A stretch of 61,933 nucleotides of DNA, filler included. It is 7 parts of 7 records of this genome, joined end to end, with 100 filler letters (N's around TTAATTAATTAA, not from the genome) between each part and the next. Parts side by side here need not be neighbours in the genome. Positions count along the whole stretch, not along the records: positions 31,954 to 43,525 come from SRR31156797_53434; positions 43,626 to 49,466 come from SRR31156797_53448; positions 49,567 to 56,756 come from SRR31156797_53468; 4 more parts are not named here. One strand, 5' to 3'. The position numbers and the translations under genes were made by a program. Numbering within the stretch: the first letter of the stretch is position 1; each line of letters starts with the position of its first letter. Positions 42,774-51,629 of the stretch are shown here, piece after piece. Below the pieces are notes generated by a model. It saw only the letters and a list, made by a program, of their open reading frames with translations, was not told where the DNA came from and made no database searches.

Positions 42774-43487
42774 ATGATATTAGGCGCAGATGGTTGCAGG
42801 TATGGATGGATAGCTATTTTTTATGATGGAAAAGAATATACATATGGTATCTTCAAAACCTTTGATGAGATGATGAGAGTTAATAGAGAGCTCAGAAGAG
42901 TCCTGATAGATATTCCTATCGGACTAGGGCGGAAAGAGTCTCCTAGGACAATAGACAGCTATATACGCAAGTTTTTAGGCAAGAGATCAGCAACAGTATT
43001 TAATGCACCTTGTAAATTAGCTGTGTATGAAAATGACAAGGAGAAAGCTAAAGCTCTCAATATTGAAGAAGAAGGTAAAAGCTTATCAGTTCAATCACTC
43101 AATATTCGTAGTAAGATCAGAGAGGTTGATAGATTTGTATGTTTTTATCATGATGAAATAGAGATATATGAATCCCATCCGGAGCTTAGCTTCAAACACC
43201 TAAATAAAGAAAATATTGTGATGTCAAAAAAATCAACTCTTGAAGGTCAACAGGAAAGATTAGAAATTATCAGCAGATATGACAGAGATTTAGTTGATTG
43301 TTATTATAAAGCCAGAAAAGCTTTTAAGAAAAAAGATGTGAAAAATGATGATATTATTGATGCAATATGCCTTTGTTTAGTTAATAAACTAGGTGAAAGA
43401 GAAAAATTATCTTTTCACTTTGATGAGAATTTACTTAATAAAGATGGAATTGAAATGAAAGTTGCATATTACAAACCTGAGGACTAG
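42774..43487 (+). CDS. DUF429-like protein (predicted RNase H-like fold)
   Basis: GADGCRYGW, IDIPIGL, YESHPE.SF, DDIIDA, recognised by eye. Confidence 0.75.
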   Translation: MILGADGCRYGWIAIFYDGKEYTYGIFKTFDEMMRVNRELRRVLIDIPIGLGRKESPRTIDSYIRKFLGKRSATVFNAPCKLAVYENDKEKAKALNIEEEGKSLSVQSLNIRSKIREVDRFVCFYHDEIEIYESHPELSFKHLNKENIVMSKKSTLEGQQERLEIISRYDRDLVDCYYKARKAFKKKDVKNDDIIDAICLCLVNKLGEREKLSFHFDENLLNKDGIEMKVAYYKPED

Positions 43488-43502
43488 TCCTCAGGTTTTT
43501 TT
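43473..43502 (+). terminator. Terminator overlapping the stop codon
   Basis: Perfect 26-bp palindrome AAACCTGAGGACTAGTCCTCAGGTTT (43473-43498) plus a T run. Confidence 0.8.
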
Positions 43503-43525
43503 ATATATTGGGAAAGTATAAACTT

Positions 43526-43625
43526 NNNNNNNNNNNNNNNNNNNNNNNNNNNNNNNNNNNNNNNNNNNNTTAATTAATTAANNNNNNNNNNNNNNNNNNN
43601 NNNNNNNNNNNNNNNNNNNNNNNNN
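43526..43625. other. Artificial contig spacer
   Basis: N44-TTAATTAATTAA-N44. Confidence 0.99.
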
Positions 43626-43686
43626 TTAGCGAAGCGTAACCCAACAATATCAAGGTGTTGGCTTACGCTACGCCAACCCGGCCGTC
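43626..43686. repeat. REP-like inverted doublet, truncated at contig start
   Basis: TTAGCGAAGCGTAACCCAACA ... TGTTGGCTTACGCTACGCCAA is an imperfect inverted pair. Each unit carries an internal GCG-A/T-AGC mini-hairpin. Confidence 0.55.
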
Positions 43687-43719
43687 AACTCAATGGATAA
43701 CGGCCGGTCGGGATTATGG

Positions 43720-45309
43720 CTACTTCTCTTTATAAACAGTCCTGATATGGAACTGGTCGTCCGGGCTCATGCAGAAGCCTTGAACATTTTTATTCATCGC
43801 CGTGTCCGATATGGGCTGGAACATGTAAATCCAAAGGTCGCTTTCCGCCACGTGTTGCTGAACTTTTTTCGAAAGCTCGTACCGGGCAGGCTTGTCCACC
43901 AGAACAGCGGCCTCGTCTATCCAGGCGTCAAGCTGTTCGTCCTTTATTTCAGCATAATTGCAAAAGCTTTTCGATCCCAGCAGAAAAGTGAATTGATACC
44001 AGGGATCGGTCACAAAGGACGTCCAACCGATCATGAAAAACGGCACTTTTTTAGCTTTAAGGTTTTCCAGAAAAGCGGCCTGGGGCAGAACTTCGATTTC
44101 CATGTTCACGCCGATTTTCTTTAATTCGGCCTGCCATGTAACCGCGATTTCCCGGTTGTTGGCGATACGGCCTTCGCCAAGCTGAAATTTAAGGTTCAGG
44201 CCGTTCGGGTAGCCTGCTTCCATAAGCAACTTCTTGGCCTTGCCCAGGTTCTGTTCATACTTGAAAAACTCATTGGTATGGCTGGGGCTTCCGTCCGAAG
44301 CAGGGCTGGTCATCTGGATGGCGCGGCCGTACAACACCTCTTTAATTACCGCCTCATACGGGAAAGAATAGGCCAGGGCCTTGCGGAGCTTGGGATTGTT
44401 AAAAGGCTCCTTGCCCCTGTTCATGTCAATATAATTTACTTTGGTGGTCGTGCGGGCAATGACCTTGATATTGCTTTTTTGGCTCAGCATCTCGTAGTCC
44501 TTGGCCGGAATCCACCACATTATATCTATTATTCCCCGCTCCAACAGCATTTCCCTGGTGGCTTCCTCGGGAACGATCTTGAAGACCATCTGTTTGGTTT
44601 TCGGCTTTTTCCCCCAGTAGTCTTCATTTCTTTCCATTACTATTTCCACGCCGGGCTTCCAGGCTTTCAGCTTGAAGGGGCCCGAACCGGCGTCGTTCTT
44701 GGCCGCCCATTCATTGACCTTGCCTTCAACCACTCCGCCGTGAGCTTCAATGGCCTTGGGATCCTGGATGCCCAGGTTGAGCATTTGCAGGTAGTCCAGA
44801 AACAGTGGATTGGGCGCGGTAAGTTTGAATTTGATCGTATGATCGTCCACTACGGTCATGCCTTCTTCAGTGACCTTGGCCAGCCAGAGCACTGTCTTGG
44901 CCGCGGATTTGATTTTTATATACCTTGAAAAAGTGTATTTGACCGCATGCGCGTTCACGGGGTCGCCGCTGTGGAATTTGGCGTTTTTGCGAATCTTGAA
45001 AGTCCACTCAGACATGTCGGCGTTATGCTCCCAGCTTTCGGCCAACATGGGCTCAACCTTGGTCGTGTCGACGCTGTACGTGCCGTCCTTGTTCAAATTT
45101 CTGGGATAAGTAACCAAGTGGTCGTACAATCCGCTTATGACCGCGTACCCGGTATAATCCCTGGTGGCCGAGCCGGGATCTATGGTTCTGGCGTCCGTGG
45201 TAAAGGCGACCCGGACCACTTCCTCGGCCGATGACGCTTCACAGGGTGCGCTGTTAATCTGCAAGATGAAAAGGAACGCCAGGGTCAGTACCAATAAAAG
45301 CTTCCGCAT
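43720..45309 (-). CDS. ABC transporter substrate-binding protein, family 5 (Opp/Dpp/Nik)
   Basis: Signal peptide, TIDP, PMLAESW, KFHSGDPVNA.AV, GSGPFKL, RNEDYWG, LRKALAY. Confidence 0.93.
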   Translation of the reverse strand: MRKLLLVLTLAFLFILQINSAPCEASSAEEVVRVAFTTDARTIDPGSATRDYTGYAVISGLYDHLVTYPRNLNKDGTYSVDTTKVEPMLAESWEHNADMSEWTFKIRKNAKFHSGDPVNAHAVKYTFSRYIKIKSAAKTVLWLAKVTEEGMTVVDDHTIKFKLTAPNPLFLDYLQMLNLGIQDPKAIEAHGGVVEGKVNEWAAKNDAGSGPFKLKAWKPGVEIVMERNEDYWGKKPKTKQMVFKIVPEEATREMLLERGIIDIMWWIPAKDYEMLSQKSNIKVIARTTTKVNYIDMNRGKEPFNNPKLRKALAYSFPYEAVIKEVLYGRAIQMTSPASDGSPSHTNEFFKYEQNLGKAKKLLMEAGYPNGLNLKFQLGEGRIANNREIAVTWQAELKKIGVNMEIEVLPQAAFLENLKAKKVPFFMIGWTSFVTDPWYQFTFLLGSKSFCNYAEIKDEQLDAWIDEAAVLVDKPARYELSKKVQQHVAESDLWIYMFQPISDTAMNKNVQGFCMSPDDQFHIRTVYKEK

Positions 45310-45436
45310 CGTAAGACTCCTTTCAAGGTTTGGAACTTTTCTGAAAACTCATGTCCGGCCGCCGCTAAAGGCGGCCGATGAGACCTGTCGATCTGTTTTT
45401 TAAGAATTCCATCCGAGACGTTTTGGACGGCGCCGA

Positions 45437-46501
45437 TTAATATCCACTCACGCCCAAATCGCGGCACATCTTAACGAGACGTTCATCCTTGTAAACGCCT
45501 TCCTCTTCCATCACCCGGCCGTCCAAAATAATGGTCGGATACAAAACGATGCCGTCAGTATGAGCGGCCGCCTGCCAGGTCTTGCCCATAATCTGGGCGC
45601 CCTGGGTGCCGATGCCCATTTCTATTGATCCGAACACCCTCTCATCTTCAACTATTCTGCCCGAAGGCTTGGTTACGCCGGGGTTGAATCCCAGTGAATA
45701 ATGGGCCAGGCGGTACATGTTGGGGTCGTTGAAGCTTGCCAGCCAACGTTCAAACACCTTGGCCTCGGCCCCGCCTTCCACCTTGGTCACCTTCCCTTCT
45801 TCCAGGGTCAGGTCTACTGACTCATTGAGCTTGCCAAGGGATTCCGGAGGAAAGAGCGCGCCGTCAAAAACCAGGCGCCCGTTTATAGTTTCTTCCATGG
45901 GGCACCATGACACCTGGCCGCCCAACATTATGGGTTCGCCCTTTTTTTCCGCCAGCTTGCCGGATTGCCTGGTGTTGCGGCCCTGGTTGTACGCCACAAG
46001 CGAAGTTCCCCCGGGGCTGTAAATTTCCACCTTGTCGGCCTGCTTGATAATTTCGCACAAAAGGGCGCCCATTTCCAGGAGCTTTGGATAATCGACCTTT
46101 TGAATCGTGTTGACCATCATTAGCGTATCCATGCCGGCCAGGCAAATGTACCGAACCCCGTTTTTTATGGCTTCCTTATAAGATTCTGTCAGAAAGGCCA
46201 TGTTGACGCTGAACTCAATCCAGACGTCGGCCCTGGCCGCTGCTCCTGCCGCAGGCGGAGGCGGATCCATAAAGGCCCTCGGCATTGTCGGTTGCAGCAC
46301 CACGACCGGCACGGCCCCGGCCGCGCAAGTCGCCGCGGCCGTAGCCTGGACTACGCGGTTGTCCGTGGATGTGTCCGCGGTGATGACCACGTTTTCACCA
46401 GGCTTTACCAGCATTATATCTTCAACAAGCTTCCTGGCCCCTGCCTGCAGTTCCCAACTTAAAAACTCGTCCCGAACCTCTGTTCCAATTGTCAGGTCCA
46501 T
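45437..46501 (-). CDS. M29 (aminopeptidase T)/NicX-like metalloenzyme
   Basis: VKPGENVVITAD, INGRLVFDG, AHYSLGFNP, VEDER.FG, AHTDG match the COG2309-like family. The function is uncertain. Confidence 0.75.
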   Translation of the reverse strand: MDLTIGTEVRDEFLSWELQAGARKLVEDIMLVKPGENVVITADTSTDNRVVQATAAATCAAGAVPVVVLQPTMPRAFMDPPPPAAGAAARADVWIEFSVNMAFLTESYKEAIKNGVRYICLAGMDTLMMVNTIQKVDYPKLLEMGALLCEIIKQADKVEIYSPGGTSLVAYNQGRNTRQSGKLAEKKGEPIMLGGQVSWCPMEETINGRLVFDGALFPPESLGKLNESVDLTLEEGKVTKVEGGAEAKVFERWLASFNDPNMYRLAHYSLGFNPGVTKPSGRIVEDERVFGSIEMGIGTQGAQIMGKTWQAAAHTDGIVLYPTIILDGRVMEEEGVYKDERLVKMCRDLGVSGY

Positions 46502-46670
46502 GATTTCCTCCTGGATGTTTGTTCCGCGATTTGTCCTATCGGCCGGGTTGACAACAGCCGGTCAAAACCCCGGGCAGGCGTCCGGATTGTCTTTCGGCCT
46601 AACGTGAATCTATAACTTGCTTCAAGGCCGGCCCCGCTCAAGAGGCTCGACCTGTTGCAGATTCCAGTAG

Positions 46671-46682
46671 ATTGTATACAAT
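46671..46682. promoter_or_regulatory. Putative GntR operator 1
   Basis: Perfect palindrome ATTGTATACAAT, just downstream of a minus-strand TTGACA (46706-46711). Confidence 0.7.
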
Positions 46683-46768
46683 AAATATCTGCTAAAATGA
46701 TCTGTTGTCAATAATTAAATTAGTAATATATATTAATTAAATGATATACGCCTTCAGTTTTCATTGTA

Positions 46769-46780
46769 ATTGTATACATG
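46769..46780. promoter_or_regulatory. Putative GntR operator 2
   Basis: ATTGTATACATG, 10/12 match to the palindrome. Confidence 0.55.
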
Positions 46781-47011
46781 GGTCGCAATTTACCGGTATT
46801 CAATCCGGTTTGGCGACGTTTTTTATCCCCTCTTCATCTACACAACGGCGGCAATGGAACAATAGTTGTCGGCATTATCTATAACTTTAGATACTTGTTG
46901 AATAAATTAATAATTTGATTGACCGGCGCCTTTTGCCGGTTTATAAGAATATTAAGCAAAAACTAATTTCGCCGAAAATTCGATCCGTTCGGCGGTTTTT
47001 TAATATTGGTG

Positions 47012-47023
47012 ATTGTATACAAT
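47012..47023. promoter_or_regulatory. Putative GntR operator 3
   Basis: Perfect palindrome ATTGTATACAAT upstream of gntR, containing a -10-like TACAAT. Confidence 0.7.
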
Positions 47024-47193
47024 GCCATGGACTGGGATGCGGCTTTAGTTATGGCAACGTTGGTATGAACGACAATCGGATCCAGGGCCCCATATCTGAA
47101 TTTATGCGAAAATCAATTTTTGGGTCTGAAATTATGAATAAGAAATATCCTATCTTTTTATTGATAATTATTCAATAGGAGATTGGCCGAAAC

Positions 47194-47859
47194 ATGCTCA
47201 AGGAAAAAATCATTGCCGAACTCAGACGGGATATTGTCTGGGGTGAATACAAGCCCGGTCGGCGTTTGACCGAGGCCTACCTGTGCAATCGTTTTCAGGT
47301 CAGCAGAACTCCGGTTCGTGAAGTACTCAAGGAACTGGCCATGGAAGGCCTGGTAAAACTCTCGCCCAACCAGGGCGCCAGCGTAGTCGTCATTACCAAG
47401 GATGACGTCATCAATATTTATGACGCCCTGATGGTGATCGAAGGAGGGGCCGCTCGGCTGGCCTGCTCGAAAATGACGCCCGGGGAAATCCTCAAGTTGG
47501 AAGAATATCAATCGCTGCTCGAACAGGCCGTCGGTCAGAACAATTACGATCTTATTTTTGAAGTAAACCGCCAGTTTCATCAGTTGATAATCAACGCCTC
47601 AAAAAACTCGCATTTAATCCAGTCCCGCAACAGTATATGGGCCTTGGCCGAAAGGTTTGGGCGTTACACGCTAAATCCCAAATACCCGGAACAGATTCAT
47701 GCAACCCTGGATGAACATAAAAAGCTCATTGGCGCCATAAAAAAGCCGAATCCGGTCATGGCCGAGTTCCTGGCCCGGGAACACCTCGAGACCGGCCGGA
47801 AATTCGTATTCATGTATCTTGAAGACATGGCCGTTTTGGATAAGGAGCCGATCGCCTGA
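47194..47859 (+). CDS. GntR family regulator, FadR/FCD subfamily
   Basis: wHTH PGRRLTE..L..RFQVSRTPVRE.L..L..EGLV. FCD metal-type residues NRQFH, EH, EH. Confidence 0.93.
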   Translation: MLKEKIIAELRRDIVWGEYKPGRRLTEAYLCNRFQVSRTPVREVLKELAMEGLVKLSPNQGASVVVITKDDVINIYDALMVIEGGAARLACSKMTPGEILKLEEYQSLLEQAVGQNNYDLIFEVNRQFHQLIINASKNSHLIQSRNSIWALAERFGRYTLNPKYPEQIHATLDEHKKLIGAIKKPNPVMAEFLAREHLETGRKFVFMYLEDMAVLDKEPIA

Positions 47860-47933
47860 GCGGGCCGGCCTTCATAACCAAAATAAGCGGGGGAACTTTA
47901 AATTTAAACTGAAAAAAACAGGATGGAAAAGTC

Positions 47934-49403
47934 ATGACTGATATCATCGCCGGGCTTAAGCCCCGGGAAGTGTGGAGGAATTTTGCTTTATTGGCCCGTA
48001 TTCCTCATGGGTCCGGCAATGAGGCCGGGTTACGCGAATCAATAGAGAATATGGCCGCGAATTTAAATTTGTCTTACGAAAAAGACCAGGCCGGCAATCT
48101 TGTTGTCCGCAAGCCCGGGTCTCCGGGGCTGGAAAACGCAAGGACGGTTGTTCTTCAATCTCACCTGGACATGGTCTGTGAAAAGGATTCGGGCGTCCAG
48201 CATGATTTCAATAAAGACCCTCTTGCCTTAAAAATAATTGATAATAAATGGGTCGCGGCCGAAGGCACAACCCTTGGCGCGGACAACGGCGTCGGCGTCG
48301 CCCTCATGATGGCGGTCATGGAAAGCGAATCCATCAATCACGGTCCCCTGGAGCTTCTGTTTACAGTAGAAGAAGAAAGCGGGTTGGTAGGCGCCAGGCG
48401 CCTGACTTCGGATTTATTAAAAGGCCGGATCCTGTTGAATCTGGATTCCGAAGAAGACAGTTCCTTTTATATTGGATGCGCCGGCAGTCTTAATACATCA
48501 TTGATCCTGCCTCTGGAAAGGGAGCCTGCGGAAGACCTGAACGGGTGTGCTTCGGTCTTTATTGAAGGGCTCAAGGGCGGTCATTCGGGAATGGATATTA
48601 ATCTGGGGAGAGCCAATGCCATAAAACTTGCGGCCCGTTTTATCTCTCGAATTGCGGGACTTTTTGATGCAGGAATAGTTGATTTAACCGGCGGCGCTTC
48701 TTTTAACGCCATACCCAGGGAAGCAAAAGCGGTTTTGCGGTTCAGGGGCGAGCGGTTGAAAACAATTCAACAGGAAGCGGCAGACTTTCTGCAACAGATT
48801 CGAACCGAACACGGCCCGGCGGATCCCGGCCTGAACATTGTGGTGGATGAATTCTCTTCCGGCTCGAAAAATGTATTAACCAAAAACAGCCGGGATACAA
48901 TTCTTAACCTTATCAGCGCCGCGCCCCATGGGGCGGTCGCCATGAGCCCCCACATTCCGGACCTGGTTCAGACGTCGACTAACCTGGCCGCGGTTCGCAT
49001 CGAACAGGATAAGTTCATCCTGGACACAAAACAGCGCGGTTCGGTCGATTCCCAAATGGAAGCCCTTGGCGACTCGGTCGCCTCTATCGGCGCTTTGGCC
49101 GGCGCCAAAATAGAAACAGGCGGCGAATACCCGGCCTGGCAGCCGGACCTGAAATCCGGCCTACTGGAAATCTCACGCTCTGTTTATGAAAGAGTGTTCT
49201 CAAAAAAGCCGGAAGTAAAGGCCTTGCATGCCGGCCTGGAATGCGGCCTGTTTAAGCAAAAATACCCGGACATGGACATGCTTTCCATGGGCCCCAATAT
49301 TTACGACGTCCATTCACCCGCCGAAAAGGTGGAAATAGATTCCGTGGCAAGTTTCTGGAAATTTCTGTCAGCTTTGCTGCCGGAACTGGCCCGAAAGGCA
49401 TAG
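47934..49403 (+). CDS. pepD: Aminoacyl-histidine dipeptidase (M20C)
   Basis: LQSHLDMV, TTLGADNG, EEESG, NLDSE, GGHSG, HAGLECG, HSPAE. Confidence 0.93.
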   Translation: MTDIIAGLKPREVWRNFALLARIPHGSGNEAGLRESIENMAANLNLSYEKDQAGNLVVRKPGSPGLENARTVVLQSHLDMVCEKDSGVQHDFNKDPLALKIIDNKWVAAEGTTLGADNGVGVALMMAVMESESINHGPLELLFTVEEESGLVGARRLTSDLLKGRILLNLDSEEDSSFYIGCAGSLNTSLILPLEREPAEDLNGCASVFIEGLKGGHSGMDINLGRANAIKLAARFISRIAGLFDAGIVDLTGGASFNAIPREAKAVLRFRGERLKTIQQEAADFLQQIRTEHGPADPGLNIVVDEFSSGSKNVLTKNSRDTILNLISAAPHGAVAMSPHIPDLVQTSTNLAAVRIEQDKFILDTKQRGSVDSQMEALGDSVASIGALAGAKIETGGEYPAWQPDLKSGLLEISRSVYERVFSKKPEVKALHAGLECGLFKQKYPDMDMLSMGPNIYDVHSPAEKVEIDSVASFWKFLSALLPELARKA

Positions 49404-49466
49404 CTCGCCGGACGCCTGTAACTTGAGCGTCCTAACAATAACCGATGGATTCCACTCCTTGCATTT

Positions 49467-49566
49467 NNNNNNNNNNNNNNNNNNNNNNNNNNNNNNNNNN
49501 NNNNNNNNNNTTAATTAATTAANNNNNNNNNNNNNNNNNNNNNNNNNNNNNNNNNNNNNNNNNNNN
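49467..49566. other. Artificial contig spacer
   Basis: N44-TTAATTAATTAA-N44. Confidence 0.99.
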
Positions 49567-50250
49567 GAAAATGAAGCTGCACAAACAAGATGTTCAACAA
49601 AAGCCTCTTTAGCAAAATACTGGATGCACAATGGCTTTGTAACTATTGATGGAGAAAAGATGAGTAAATCTTTAGGAAACTCTTTTTTCCTAAAAGATAT
49701 TTTAAAATCATACTCAGGTGAAGTTGTAAGATTTTATCTTTTAACTGCACAATATAGAGCAAACTTTAACTTTAATGAAGAGGACCTTCTATCTTCTAAA
49801 AAAAGACTTGATAAGCTTTATAGAGTTAAAAAAAGAGTTTATGGCTTAGGAAAATCTGCTGTTAATAAAGATTTTAAAGAAGCTATTTTAAACGCTTTAA
49901 ATGATGATTTAAATACTGCAAAAGCAATTTCTATCATAGATGAATATATAAACAAAGCAAATGAAACATTAGACAAAGAACCAAAAAACAAAAACTTCAA
50001 AAAAGAGCTTGTTGCTACTTTTGAGTTTATTGATGAAGTTATTGGTATTGGTTTTGAAGATGCCTACAAATATTTTCAATTTGGAATATCAAAAGAAGAT
50101 ATCCAAAAAATTGAATCTCTTATTGAAAAAAGAGTCCAAGCAAAAAAAGAAAAAGATTTTGAATCTGCTGATAAAATCAGAGATGAAATTGCATCTTTAG
50201 GTATATCTATTATGGATACACCTAATGGTGTAGTTTGGGAAAAACTATAA
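49567..50250 (+). CDS. cysS: Cysteine-tRNA ligase, C-terminal part (5'-truncated)
   Basis: The frame is open from 49567: ENEAAQ..YWMHNG, KMSKSLGN, DDLNT, ADKIRD. Confidence 0.96.
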   Translation, partial: ENEAAQTRCSTKASLAKYWMHNGFVTIDGEKMSKSLGNSFFLKDILKSYSGEVVRFYLLTAQYRANFNFNEEDLLSSKKRLDKLYRVKKRVYGLGKSAVNKDFKEAILNALNDDLNTAKAISIIDEYINKANETLDKEPKNKNFKKELVATFEFIDEVIGIGFEDAYKYFQFGISKEDIQKIESLIEKRVQAKKEKDFESADKIRDEIASLGISIMDTPNGVVWEKL

Positions 50251-50274
50251 AAAGAAAAATTTTCTTTTTATAGT
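50244..50274 (+). terminator. AT-rich inverted repeat over the cysS stop, possible terminator
   Basis: 15-bp perfect arms ACTATAAAAAGAAAA / TTTTCTTTTTATAGT with a 1-nt gap. Confidence 0.5.
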
Positions 50275-50351
50275 AATTATTTTACTTACATTTCAACAAA
50301 AATTAAATACCATTTAGGCTTTCAACTTATATTTTATCTGAGGAGAAGAAT

Positions 50352-51623
50352 ATGTTTGAACAAAACAAATTCTCTATTATGACTATATCTTCCCTATTTT
50401 TCGCTATAACTTTTTTAGCTATTGGTTATGGTATGATTCTTACATTTATAGGTGTGTATCTAAAAGAACTTCAAGTAAATGATATAGCAATCGCAATTAT
50501 TAATGCATCGTTCTTTTTAGGAGCTGTATGCTCTTCTATATTTAGTCAAAGTATTATTTCAAATGTTGGGCACATACGAAGTTTTGCAACTTTTGCAGCT
50601 GTCATGGTTATCTCATTTTTAATGCATTCTGTATTTTTCAATGAATACTTATGGGCAATATTAAGAGCAATTTCTGGTTTCTCATTTTATAGTTTATTAA
50701 TCATCCTAGAAAGCTGGTTAAATGAAAAAAGTACTCAAGAATCAAGGGGAAAAGTTCTTGCTATTTATACAATTGTATTTTACCTTTCAACTGCCTTGGG
50801 ACAACTATTTTTAAATGTGGATGAAAATATAAAACAGTCAATATTTACTATTGGTTCAGTTCTTATTTTATTTTCAATACTTTTTATTTCATTAACAAAA
50901 ATTAAAGAACCAACTTTAAAACCTTTTGAAAGATTTTCTATTCCTAAAATTTATTCAGTTATTCCACTTGCAACAACTTCAAGTTTTTTAGGTGGATTTA
51001 TTATAGGTTCATTTTTCACTATGGCCCCTATATATATTCTAACAAAATATGGTTCAATTGAGATTGTGTCTTATTTTATGACAATTGCAATTTTAGGTGG
51101 GCTTGTTTCACAATGGCCTATTGGTTTACTATCTGATAAAATAGGAAGAAGAAAAGTTATATCTTGGGTTGCATTGGCTACAGCATTAACTTCTGCATTA
51201 TTTTTATTTACAGAAGATAGTTTGACTTTAACTTATATTTCTGCTTTTTTACTTGGTTTATCTATTTTTACAATCTATCCTTTAAGTGTTGCTAGAGCAA
51301 ACGATGTATTAGATGAGGATAGTGACCTTTTAGAGATTAGTAGAACACTTTTATTTACATATGGAATTGGTTCTTTTCTAGGACCTTTAATTGTTGGTAT
51401 TCTATTAAAATATTATGAATATTCTATGTTTTTATGTTATTTTGCAATTGGTATTTATCTTACATTCTATGCTTTATCTAAGAAAAGAATTGCAGATGAT
51501 GAAAGAAGTACATTTATTAACTTCCCTCTTACATATGGTCCTGAGTTAACTATGCTTGACCCAAGAATTGACGATGAAGAAAGTGATGAATGGAAGTTTG
51601 AAGATCAAAAAGATAATAAGTAG
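50352..51623 (+). CDS. MFS transporter (YcaD-like)
   Basis: About 12 TM segments, GHIRSF, ESWLN..RG, QWPIG.LSDKIGRR. Confidence 0.88.
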   Translation: MFEQNKFSIMTISSLFFAITFLAIGYGMILTFIGVYLKELQVNDIAIAIINASFFLGAVCSSIFSQSIISNVGHIRSFATFAAVMVISFLMHSVFFNEYLWAILRAISGFSFYSLLIILESWLNEKSTQESRGKVLAIYTIVFYLSTALGQLFLNVDENIKQSIFTIGSVLILFSILFISLTKIKEPTLKPFERFSIPKIYSVIPLATTSSFLGGFIIGSFFTMAPIYILTKYGSIEIVSYFMTIAILGGLVSQWPIGLLSDKIGRRKVISWVALATALTSALFLFTEDSLTLTYISAFLLGLSIFTIYPLSVARANDVLDEDSDLLEISRTLLFTYGIGSFLGPLIVGILLKYYEYSMFLCYFAIGIYLTFYALSKKRIADDERSTFINFPLTYGPELTMLDPRIDDEESDEWKFEDQKDNK

Positions 51624-51629
51624 TAAGAG

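Noticed and set aside
42774..43487. DUF429-like gene as an anti-phage nuclease
   Set aside because: It is a solitary gene in a housekeeping context, with no partner or island features. Nothing in the sequence supports a defence role.
45356..45377. GC hairpin CGGCCGCC-GCTAAA-GGCGGCCG as a riboswitch or terminator
   Set aside because: It has no U tract and no recognisable aptamer. At most it is an intercistronic stability hairpin.
46915..47178. 87-aa ORF upstream of gntR
   Set aside because: TTG start, no RBS or motifs, and it overlaps the putative operator/promoter region.
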